Shown: positions 19,156 to 28,008 of the stretch, piece after piece
Layout of the letters: every line of letters begins with the position of its first letter
How positions within the stretch are numbered: the first letter of the stretch is position 1
Assembly: GCA_947625455.1 (NCBI GenBank)
Contig: CANQOJ010000001.1
Span: 1-46,070 of the forward strand
From: an uncultured Clostridia bacterium
Lineage (GTDB): Bacteria; Bacillota; Clostridia; Oscillospirales; Ruminococcaceae
DNA: 46,070 nt
Direction of reading: 5' to 3'
Made by a program: the position numbers and the translations under genes
The notes under the pieces: generated by a model
Database searches by the model: none
Seen by the model: the letters and a program-made list of their open reading frames with translations, nothing else
What the model was told of the DNA's origin: nothing

Positions 19156-19688
19156 TCAACATTTTCTTTTATAAATTGGTTTGGCTGGACTTCCTCCAAC
19201 TGTTGTATTACAGGGGACATCATGACTAACGAAAGAGTTAGCACCAATATTACAATTATCGCCCAAAATGATATCACCAACTACTACACTATTTGTGAAA
19301 ACTGTTACATGATTTCTAACTGTAGGCACACCACTTTCGCCATTCACACCTAGTGTCACTCCTTGATATACTGTAAACATTTCACCAATTTCTTTACAAT
19401 TTAAATATATACCCCCCCATGTACAATTTTAAGACCCTTACCAACTTGAATATTAGTGTTTAGATGAATACCATATTTAAATTCATAATGTCTGAAAACC
19501 AGATAAACAGGAAATCCAAATAGTATCTTTATTATGTTGTGCTGCTTTACATAGCACATGATTCGAAACCAAAATACGTATCTAAACATATTCCCTCTTG
19601 GAAAAAAATATTGAATTAGTAAGCCTTTCAACGTGGGATCACACAGTCTAGCTAAATCCTCTTTGAGTATTGTAAATAAATTGTTCAT
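19156..19688 (-). pseudogene. CysE/LbH-type O-acetyltransferase, frameshifted at a G7 tract (possible phase-OFF allele)
   Basis: ORFs 19401-19688 and 19156-19380 join as ...IVHGGGIYLNCKEIGEMFTVYQGVTLG... if the tract at 19412-19418 is G8; ends with IGANSFVSHDVP...GGSPAK. Confidence 0.88.
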
Positions 19689-19782
19689 ACAGTGCTCACC
19701 CTTCTTCAATTCAAAAATTTTATACTAGGCATATTGTTGCGGATGCCTCTCTGCTTTAATATATTAAGCGAAAATCAATATA

Positions 19783-20970
19783 TCATTGCTTCCTTTTTAT
19801 ACATATATATTGCTTTATTAATATTATATAGCACAGAATAAAAGTTAAAGATGTTTCAGTATACCAAAAAGTATTTTGAAAGAAATTAATAATCCACATA
19901 AGATTTAAAAATGATAAACAAACAACTCTATCGGTATTTTCTTTTCTTTTTCGATTTAAAGCAATAAATAGCAATGAGTTTACAACAAAATAAGCAAAGA
20001 ACAAATACATTCCTATAATACCACCATAAATATACGAATCGCAATAACCTGTTGAAACTGTAAAATAATCCTTCACCAACATAGCATTCATATTATTTTT
20101 ATATCCATATACAAATCTATTTGTAAGACTCTCCGGTAAAAATTGTGCAAGAAAATACCTAATATTAAAATTAGTATTATGATTGACTATATTATAATTT
20201 AAATTTGATAAGGGAGATATTGCATAAGAATATAGCCACTTATACTGTCCAGGAATAAAACTGGGATATTTTCTATATCTTCCAAGTAAATCTATAAATG
20301 AATTATCATTCCATCTATATCCTTCTCGAATGTTTCCAATAACGCCAAATAAATACGCAGCACTCAAAAACGCAACTATTGCTATAATGATATTCTTGCG
20401 ATTAAATAGTTTTCGTTGCTCTAAAAGCATCTGTAAAACAATAAGAGATATCGCTATCATTACAAGCATCATTTGGCTTCTTGAGAATTTCAAAATAATA
20501 TTAGAGAAAATAATTATAAATCCCGCAAGATATCTTTTATTTATAGTAATACAAAATAAATAAAAGTATTTTACTGAATAAAAAAGCGCAAGAATAACCA
20601 TAACAACGGAAACGTGAGGTATAGATTGAATCTCATTGCCATAGGTAAATTGACCTGTTAAATATCCAAGAAAAGGTATGGTACCCGCATATAGAAAATT
20701 CATAAAATATAACACTGTCACTATATATGCAGGCAATAGTGAAATTTTTTCTTTTTGCTGCAATAAACGATCCCTTATAATTTTATTTTGTGTTTTAATT
20801 TTAAAATCTCCTCTAAATGTATATCCAAGAAACCAAGATATACATGATGTTATAACAATAAAAATGAGCAAATGAATAGATAATGGCATGGAAAAGTCGC
20901 TAAGTTTCAATGAATATAGAAACAGAATAACTCCCCACAATATTGAATACCAATAAAAACAATTAAGCAT
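19783..20970 (-). CDS. Putative polysaccharide polymerase (Wzy)
   Basis: Very AT-rich multi-TM 395 aa protein with GNIR and WLYSYAISPLSNL loop features; locus context. Confidence 0.75.
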   Translation of the reverse strand: MLNCFYWYSILWGVILFLYSLKLSDFSMPLSIHLLIFIVITSCISWFLGYTFRGDFKIKTQNKIIRDRLLQQKEKISLLPAYIVTVLYFMNFLYAGTIPFLGYLTGQFTYGNEIQSIPHVSVVMVILALFYSVKYFYLFCITINKRYLAGFIIIFSNIILKFSRSQMMLVMIAISLIVLQMLLEQRKLFNRKNIIIAIVAFLSAAYLFGVIGNIREGYRWNDNSFIDLLGRYRKYPSFIPGQYKWLYSYAISPLSNLNYNIVNHNTNFNIRYFLAQFLPESLTNRFVYGYKNNMNAMLVKDYFTVSTGYCDSYIYGGIIGMYLFFAYFVVNSLLFIALNRKRKENTDRVVCLSFLNLMWIINFFQNTFWYTETSLTFILCYIILIKQYICIKRKQ

Positions 20971-20986
20971 TTATTCACACCATATC

Positions 20987-21901
20987 TTATGTATTTTTAA
21001 AATCAAATTTTGTAATTCCAAGCACCAATAAAGCACGCATTGTTGCAATCGGATTATCAAGTTTATAGCCATGAAGCATTGCATAAATTCCTCTGTATAA
21101 CCTTGTTTTTTCCATAATACGATTATATTTTTGAGCAATACAGTTATTTTCAGATATCGTTTTACAATACATATAATTTTGTATGATGGCTTTCTTAATA
21201 TTATTGTTCGTTTTCTTCCAATTTTTTATTTTTGCTTTGAGTGAAAAATTATTAACGCCGCCCGTCACATTACCGTCGTGCTGCCGATAATAGATGCTTT
21301 CATACCGGATGTGCACGACGACTCCTTTGGAGGATGCAACAAGTGCCGACCAATAGTCGTGGCACACGACATATTCTGGAAAAGGAATTATCAATTCTTT
21401 CAACTGCCAGTTCAGCATTGCCGTGCAACCGTAGACTGGGTTTTGGCAAAGAATTGAAAACAAGTCATGCTTCAAATCCTTGTCTGGAATTCCCATTGGC
21501 TTTAGATTCTGATTTACAAAGGTTTTATCTGTATAAACCAAAACCGGGACATTAGGGTTATTTTGTTCTGTATTCAACATTGTGATCAATGTCTTTTCAA
21601 TCTTATTCTTCTTCCAAACATCATCCTGATCGCTGAACATGACGTAATGCTTTCCTGTTTCCTCTTTCAGAAGCTCTTCAAAATTTCTGACCTGTCCTAC
21701 ATTGGAAAAACCCTGGATTAGTTTGATACGGCTATCCTTTCTCATGTATTCCTGAATGATTACTATTGTCTGATCCTTGGATTGATCGTCCCGAATGATT
21801 AGCTCCCAATTTTGATAAGTCTGTGCCAGAATGCTATCGAGCTGTTCTGCAATGAAACGCTCACCGTTATAAGTTCCCATCAAAATGATCACCTTATACA
21901 T
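20987..21901 (-). CDS. Glycosyltransferase family 2 (rhamnosyltransferase-like)
   Basis: MGTYNGERFIAEQLDSIL, RDDQS, FSDQDDVW, HDYW and YRQHDGN motifs; start set at ATG 21901 after GAAAGG. Confidence 0.9.
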   Translation of the reverse strand: MYKVIILMGTYNGERFIAEQLDSILAQTYQNWELIIRDDQSKDQTIVIIQEYMRKDSRIKLIQGFSNVGQVRNFEELLKEETGKHYVMFSDQDDVWKKNKIEKTLITMLNTEQNNPNVPVLVYTDKTFVNQNLKPMGIPDKDLKHDLFSILCQNPVYGCTAMLNWQLKELIIPFPEYVVCHDYWSALVASSKGVVVHIRYESIYYRQHDGNVTGGVNNFSLKAKIKNWKKTNNNIKKAIIQNYMYCKTISENNCIAQKYNRIMEKTRLYRGIYAMLHGYKLDNPIATMRALLVLGITKFDFKNT

Positions 21902-21920
21902 AAAAAAGTCCCTTTCTATT

Positions 21921-23024
21921 TTACAATATGTATTGAAGCAACTCCTGCCATGAATAATAGCAAGGATCCTTAACAGGTTTTGCATGCACTGAAGAAAATA
22001 CGCCACTTTCTCCGTTGATTGCTCTTTCCATGATTGATTCAAGCTGATTTGGAGCATCCATATCAAAAAACACAACATCATGGTATGTTCCTACGGTCTC
22101 ATGTGCATAGGGAAGATCAGCGCATATGATTGGCTTGTCAAAAGCCTCATACTCTGTAATAGGCAGTCCCCATGTCTCAAGTCTTGACGGAAAAATCAAG
22201 AAATCAGATTCACTGTATTTCTGCATCATCTCATCTCTGCTGATAATTCCCATCCAACGAATGGTTTTTAGATCCCGATACTTGTCCAGCAGCATCTTGG
22301 AATACGGATTCTCTGTTCCGTTGATTGTAATCCACACCTCAAAATCTGTGCGTTTGCTTTCCAGTCTCTTTGCCGCCTCGCAAATAATCTCAAAATTTTT
22401 GAAGGGACGAGGATATGCAGAGTAAATAAACACTTTCTTCCTGTTATGTCCGTAGGAGCTCCCTTTCATCTGCGGAATCTCAATATGAATATCTGGTCTG
22501 GCAACTATGATATTATTAATGTGAAACATCTTCTCAAATTCAGTTCTAATCCAATCTTGCTGTACGATGACATTGGTATTCTTCTTAATGTTAATCTGGT
22601 AGATATACTTATAAAAAAGCGACATTAGATAATTTTTTTTGCTGATTCTCCAAATCATCGGTGTCCGTTTAAGAAAAGGAGTCGGATTGTGGCAATACAC
22701 ATAGCGCTTCTCCGCTTTGACATTAGGTGTTATATCATGGAGAGAAAGCCATACATCCACGTGCTGTTTTCGGGAGTAGTTTCTAAAATATAAGTATTCA
22801 TAATACAACCGGAACGCATAGCTCTTTCTGGAATTCGGAAGTTCGATAAACGTAAACACATCGCCAAATTCCTTGAACAACTCCTTCTTATGTACAAATG
22901 CGATCACATGATGCTGTTTATCATGACAAATGCTCATTAGTGCCCGCAAACAGTCCTTATAGACAGAAAGCGGTCCGCCGTTATAAAGGTTGATACCAGA
23001 AATCACTATAGTTTTTTTACCCAT
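21921..23024 (-). CDS. Glycosyltransferase family 4 (WbbK-like)
   Basis: GGPLSV at the N-terminus; FPSRLETWGLPITE GT4 motif. Confidence 0.88.
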   Translation of the reverse strand: MGKKTIVISGINLYNGGPLSVYKDCLRALMSICHDKQHHVIAFVHKKELFKEFGDVFTFIELPNSRKSYAFRLYYEYLYFRNYSRKQHVDVWLSLHDITPNVKAEKRYVYCHNPTPFLKRTPMIWRISKKNYLMSLFYKYIYQINIKKNTNVIVQQDWIRTEFEKMFHINNIIVARPDIHIEIPQMKGSSYGHNRKKVFIYSAYPRPFKNFEIICEAAKRLESKRTDFEVWITINGTENPYSKMLLDKYRDLKTIRWMGIISRDEMMQKYSESDFLIFPSRLETWGLPITEYEAFDKPIICADLPYAHETVGTYHDVVFFDMDAPNQLESIMERAINGESGVFSSVHAKPVKDPCYYSWQELLQYIL

Positions 23025-23026
23025 CC

Positions 23027-23608
23027 TTACACCACTCTAACCCACTTCTTTTCTATACAAGACCAACACTTGATTGGCTTTGCTGGGGAGCCAACAGCAA
23101 TTGTGTTTTCCGGGATATCCCTCGTCACCACACTATTGGCACCAATAATGCACCCAGCTCCAATGGTAACACCGCTTAGTATTACAACATTCTCACCAAT
23201 CCATACTCGATCACCGATACTGACTGGCGCTGTCACAAGCTTTCTCTGATTTGGAATTGTGTCTGGTGCACTAGGTTCATCCGCCCCATAGTTACCATGA
23301 CTTGTATCACTGATGAAACATTTGGAAGCAATCAAGACGTGATTTCCAATCGTGACTTTCTCATGAGCAACAATATGTGTCATATCTCCCATTTCACAAT
23401 TCTCACCAATAAACAACGTTTTCTTACATTTCTCAAGATCAAAGCGACAAAATCTTCCTGTTGTCAACCCCTTTCCTCCACTTAGGGAAGATCGTCCGCG
23501 TAGGTAGATGGGTCTACGCACGAGTCTTGCCTGGCGAAAAAACAGTTTTGTTATAACAAGAGAATACGTTGTTTTAATAAATTCAGATAGAGAATATATA
23601 TTATTCAT
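23027..23608 (-). CDS. Hexapeptide-repeat O-acetyltransferase (WbbJ-like)
   Basis: LTTGRFCR, ISDTSHG and VWIGENVVILSGVTIG..IGANSVVTRDIP motifs. Confidence 0.88.
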   Translation of the reverse strand: MNNIYSLSEFIKTTYSLVITKLFFRQARLVRRPIYLRGRSSLSGGKGLTTGRFCRFDLEKCKKTLFIGENCEMGDMTHIVAHEKVTIGNHVLIASKCFISDTSHGNYGADEPSAPDTIPNQRKLVTAPVSIGDRVWIGENVVILSGVTIGAGCIIGANSVVTRDIPENTIAVGSPAKPIKCWSCIEKKWVRVV

Positions 23609-24603
23609 AAACCAAGTACCTCATAGATCCATGCATCCAAGGAATATTTTCGATAGATGTCATCTGGCAGTGGTTGATAAGATTTCTGAGTGTCCAGAGC
23701 CAGGATAACCTGTGTTCTATCGATTATTGTTATATTTTCCGGGTCATAAAAATCATAATTTTGGATATCTGCATTTGTTGTAATCAATTTTTTGTTCATA
23801 CCAATCATTTCAATCGTCCGGATAGTTAGTCCGGTCTGCTTAGGATGTTGAATATCAATCACACATTTTGATCGTCTAACCACATCACTGATCTCCTTGC
23901 TGGATATCTTATCGAAACGAAAGTCTGAAGGATTAGTTTTGCGGAATTCTTTTCTGAAAGCTCTATAGAAATAAAAAATAAACTTACTTTGCAAATAAGG
24001 GTATGTATACATCCGCAGTCCCATTTTATTCGCATACTCCTGAATTGCGCACAGTATCCGATAACGGTCGGAATGTAATGTACCGATGAAGCATAAATCA
24101 TAATCAAATTCTGCATCTGCTTTCAGTGGAACGCAGTAATCATCGCAATAATAAAGTGGGCGAAAATGCAGCACATCATATTGCTTACAATCTATTCTAT
24201 CAAAGCTACTTATCAAATCGAAATATCGGAATTTTTTTTCAACATGAGGGATATTCTTTACGGAATCCCACATATACAGACAAAAACAACTGTCTGGAAA
24301 TGCTTTCCTGTAGATTTTAAGGATATGCTCTGTGGGCATATCACATTTGATGAACAACACATAGTCATAGTGGTTCTGCTTGCTTTGCTCCAGAATTCTC
24401 AGATAATACGACTCAGTTCGGCGCTTGAAAATATCTGGATCGATTTTTAATAACGCCCGTTCTAACGACCTGCTTACAGATCGTTCATCATAAAAGTCAA
24501 CAGTTGCACCCAACTGTTGCATTTTATCCTTGATCTTCTGCTCATAGCCAAAAAAAGCAGGAGAAAAAAACAAAATTCGTTTGTCCTTCAATGCATCACT
24601 CAT
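23605..24603 (-). CDS. Capsular/LPS biosynthesis protein, probable GT-B glycosyltransferase
   Basis: YMWDS, FIGTLHSDR and DIQHPKQTGLTIRTIE..KKLITTN motifs of EPS-locus glycosyltransferases. Confidence 0.65.
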   Translation of the reverse strand: MSDALKDKRILFFSPAFFGYEQKIKDKMQQLGATVDFYDERSVSRSLERALLKIDPDIFKRRTESYYLRILEQSKQNHYDYVLFIKCDMPTEHILKIYRKAFPDSCFCLYMWDSVKNIPHVEKKFRYFDLISSFDRIDCKQYDVLHFRPLYYCDDYCVPLKADAEFDYDLCFIGTLHSDRYRILCAIQEYANKMGLRMYTYPYLQSKFIFYFYRAFRKEFRKTNPSDFRFDKISSKEISDVVRRSKCVIDIQHPKQTGLTIRTIEMIGMNKKLITTNADIQNYDFYDPENITIIDRTQVILALDTQKSYQPLPDDIYRKYSLDAWIYEVLGL

Positions 24604-25438
24604 TCTGATCGCTCATTTCCAGTATTTTTTCAATTTTCTCACTGTTTCCCCAGATTGCCTTGGAATCATACGGACGATCTGGGAATGCACCATACTTCAG
24701 CTTCATATCAAAATGATTATCACGGATGAAACGCTCCACTCTGTCAGAGAGCATCTCCGGTCTGCCAGAGCAGATATTGATAATGCCATTGATTTTCACC
24801 TGTAGAATACTTGCAGCCGTTCTGATGCAGAAATCATCGTAATTCAAGAAATCAAACTGGTTAAGTCCCATCGTAAAAGGAAACACAGTTTCACCCCTAT
24901 GCACTGCCTGAACGATTTTAGAAAAAATGGAGCAGCCATTCTCTGTATTGCCCACAATATAAAATCCACGCAACCATTGAAAGATAGTATCTGTATTTTT
25001 ACATTTTAATTCAAGCGCTTCGCGCAAAGCATTCTTACTGATCCCATAGAGGCTCTGCGGATTACAAGGCGTGTTTTCACAAATGCTCCCTTCGAAAAAG
25101 CCAATCTCGTGCATACTTCCGAGTACAGCAACCTGCTTGATGCCAGCATCCACCATTTTGGAAACAAACGCATAATGCTTTGGTAAATCGTTAATATGAT
25201 TCATGGAATTATGTACGAAGCCATCACGCCAAGCCATATGTAGAAGAATATCTGGATTACCAAAATAGGCAAAAGGATCATCGATTGTAAAAATATCTCC
25301 GCAAACTACTTCTGCACGCTTATCTATATACCTGTCAGAAATATCTGTAGCTATAACACTGTGACCCATATCCAAAAGCGTTTTTAATACGCCCTTCCCA
25401 AGATAACCATTTGCACCTGTCAATAATATTCTCTTCAT
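24596..25438 (-). CDS. tll: dTDP-6-deoxy-L-lyxo-4-hexulose reductase (Tll-like, dTDP-6-deoxy-L-talose synthesis)
   Basis: SDR with TGANGYLG, HMAWRDGFVHN, GSMHEIG, YGISKN and FPDRPYDS.AIWG, recalled as matching Aggregatibacter Tll. Confidence 0.7.
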   Translation of the reverse strand: MKRILLTGANGYLGKGVLKTLLDMGHSVIATDISDRYIDKRAEVVCGDIFTIDDPFAYFGNPDILLHMAWRDGFVHNSMNHINDLPKHYAFVSKMVDAGIKQVAVLGSMHEIGFFEGSICENTPCNPQSLYGISKNALREALELKCKNTDTIFQWLRGFYIVGNTENGCSIFSKIVQAVHRGETVFPFTMGLNQFDFLNYDDFCIRTAASILQVKINGIINICSGRPEMLSDRVERFIRDNHFDMKLKYGAFPDRPYDSKAIWGNSEKIEKILEMSDQNE

Positions 25439-26085
25439 TTTATAGACATCTTTTCCTGTTCTTCCTTCTTTTTTAATTCCCCAATTCCACCCTCAACAAC
25501 ACCATCATGCTTAAGCACTGATATAATTGTACCGAAGAAACATTTTATATCCATCGAAAATGCTATCAGTCCACCCTTTCTCAGCTTCTTAGCATAGTAA
25601 CCGTCAAGCCTTGCCTTATCATCGATTTCAATAGCATCACGACCATTGATTTGAGCCCACCCAGTCAAACCAGGCTTTATATCATTTGCACCGTATTTAT
25701 CACGTTCAGCGATCAGATCATCCTGATTCCAAAGCGCCGGACGTGGTCCAATAACTGACATTTCCCCTAAAAATATATTAAATATCTGAGGCAGTTCATC
25801 AAGACTATACATACGCAGAAATCCGCCAACCCTTGTTATGTACTGCTCCGGATTCATAAGCAAATGCGTAGGCGTATCGTGTGGCGTACACATTTTCATG
25901 CTACGAAACTTATATAGGTTAAATGTTTTTTTGTGAAGTCCAACTCTTTTCTGAGTAAAGAATATTGGACCAGGATCGTCAATAAATATTAGAACTGAAA
26001 GTATAAACATTGGAATTGCAAGGATAATGATTCCCAATCCTGAAAGAGTAAAATCAAAGAATCTCTTGACACATTTTTTGTACAC
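25435..26085 (-). CDS. Priming phosphoglycosyltransferase (bacterial sugar transferase)
   Basis: KRFFD, KFRSM, SLDELPQ, MSVIGPRP and KPGLTGWAQINGRD motifs; GTG start after AAGGAG. Confidence 0.93.
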   Translation of the reverse strand: MYKKCVKRFFDFTLSGLGIIILAIPMFILSVLIFIDDPGPIFFTQKRVGLHKKTFNLYKFRSMKMCTPHDTPTHLLMNPEQYITRVGGFLRMYSLDELPQIFNIFLGEMSVIGPRPALWNQDDLIAERDKYGANDIKPGLTGWAQINGRDAIEIDDKARLDGYYAKKLRKGGLIAFSMDIKCFFGTIISVLKHDGVVEGGIGELKKKEEQEKMSIK

Positions 26086-26109
26086 GCAAAACTCTCCTTT
26101 ATCTCAATT

Positions 26110-26626
26110 TTAGTCTGTAATATGTTCATATTCGACCTTAGTGCAGTTTTTTAGAACAATATTAGACTTAACAACTGCATGGCAGTCTATATGACATCCT
26201 TTACCTACGATCGAATTATGATTGATAATCGAGCCAGCAGAAATAAAACAACATTCATTTATTTCAGAACCAGTATTCACAACAGCCATTGCCTCAACTA
26301 TACAACCCTCATGAATGATTGCTGATGGACTGACATAAGCCATTGGACTGATAATCGTAGCAATCTTGTATCCTGCATTTTGTAGCTTTTCTGTCAATTC
26401 AAGTCTTAGCATTGAATTACCGATAGCAACTATTCCATGATCATATCCATTTTAAAATTTCTCGTATTGAGCTATCTTTCCAATAGCAATCGAATTTGTT
26501 ATCATCAAGAAAATCAATTCTACCAAAGCAGTTCATAGCATCAGAAATTTCCTTTGCTACCATTCCATATTGTCCTGCTCCAATTATCAGTAAATTTTCC
26601 TTAGAAGAAAACTTTATCAACTTCAT
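26110..26626 (-). pseudogene. PglD/NeuD-like sugar N-acetyltransferase remnant
   Basis: LLIIGAGQYG...FLDD, then a +1 frameshift (~26496) and in-frame TAA (26452-26454), then VAIGNS..RL and hexapeptide repeats. Confidence 0.8.
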
Positions 26627-27112
26627 CTTCTCCAATCCAACCAATACTATTGATCTGCTCATCCACTCCCATAACAAGAATGACTTTATCATTTCTTACA
26701 GATATGGAATCCACAAGCCGATTTTTATTAAAACATCTCCCAAAAATTCTTGACTGTCTGCATATTCAATCTCCTTATCGCTGAAAACTCATACAATCGG
26801 TGTTTTTATATTTTCAACAAAGGAATCTAATTTATAAAATTAGATTTCGCCCATTAACAGCAGATGTAAAACTACAGTATTACAGAAAAGTGCAGTCTGC
26901 TGTCGTGCTACAGATCTTATTTTTGAATGGTACTATATTATTCATTTTATCACTCATACATTAGACTCTATTCGTATATTTATAATCGAGCCGATATATT
27001 TGACTGTGGAATACTATTTTAAGTTCTTATATTAAAACCAGTAATATCAAATGTCATGCCGATACTTAACAAGAGCATTACACGCTCATCAGACAACAGC
27101 CACGCACGATAA

Positions 27113-27664
27113 TTTTTCTTCCGTCATACCGTGCGCCCATTGCCTCGGCAGCGTCTTCAACAATCAATGCATTATGTTCCCTGCAAATCTTCACGATCTC
27201 GTCTATTTTAGCGGGAACACCGTACAAATGCGCCAACACAACCAGTTCACATCGGGATACATCTCGAAAGCCTTTTCCAAAGCCACGGGGTCCATATTCC
27301 AGGTTTCGCGTTCGGTATCTATAAAAATCGGCTCCCCACCCTCGTAAACAACGGGATTAACGCTTGCGTCAAACGTCATATCCGAACAGAAAACGCGCTT
27401 GCCCAACAAGCTGTTTCCGGGCTTTGCGTTGGGGTTTATCCTCTCGCCCGCCAATTTCATGCACATATGTAGTGCCGCCGTGCCGCATGACAAAGCCACT
27501 GCGTACTTCATTCCGAGGTAATTTGCGGTCAGCTTTTCGAGTTCGTTTATATTTTCACCGACCGTGCTTACCCAGTTGCTTTCGATTGCCTCTTTCACAT
27601 ATTCAAGTTCCTCGCCGTGCATTGTCGGCGACGAAAGCCACACTTTCCTCTCAAACGCTTTCAC
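27113..27664 (-). pseudogene. DegT/DnrJ/EryC1 (EpsN/PglE-like) aminotransferase, frameshifted and 3'-truncated
   Basis: WLSSPTMHG, SCGTAALH and MDP..LEKA; a 1-bp loss at ~27246 restores KLVVLAHLYGVPAK...EDAAEAMGARYDGRK. Similarity then ends before the PLP lysine. Confidence 0.88.
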
Positions 27665-28008
27665 TTTTCCTCTTCCTTTTTCTTGTTTATACTAACTTTT
27701 ACCAGCAACAACCGCAATCCCAACACTCTCCGAAATCCCGCTTTCCTATGCGTAAAACCGACTTTCGAGCTTTTTCGTCTCTTTGCGCATAACGCATATT
27801 ATACGCATTAAATCTCCTATTTTTGGTAATGTTGCATATTTTTAATGCGATATTTTCGTTAATTTCAGCCAACAGAAAGTTGTGGAATTTACAAAAAAAG
27901 GATTCCGTGGAGAATTTCTCCATTCGGAATCCCTGATGTATTATTTCACAAATTGCCGTATATGCCGAGCATAACGGGTTTAATATTCTATGTACAGCTG
28001 ACAAACAA

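Noticed and set aside
27670-28004. LoaP-type UNCG hairpin or riboswitch in the EPS leader, and ORF 27699-28004
   Set aside because: A - strand TATAAT (27798-27803) and repeated CGCAT are present, but there is no good -35 or convincing stem, and the ORF has no protein-like features.
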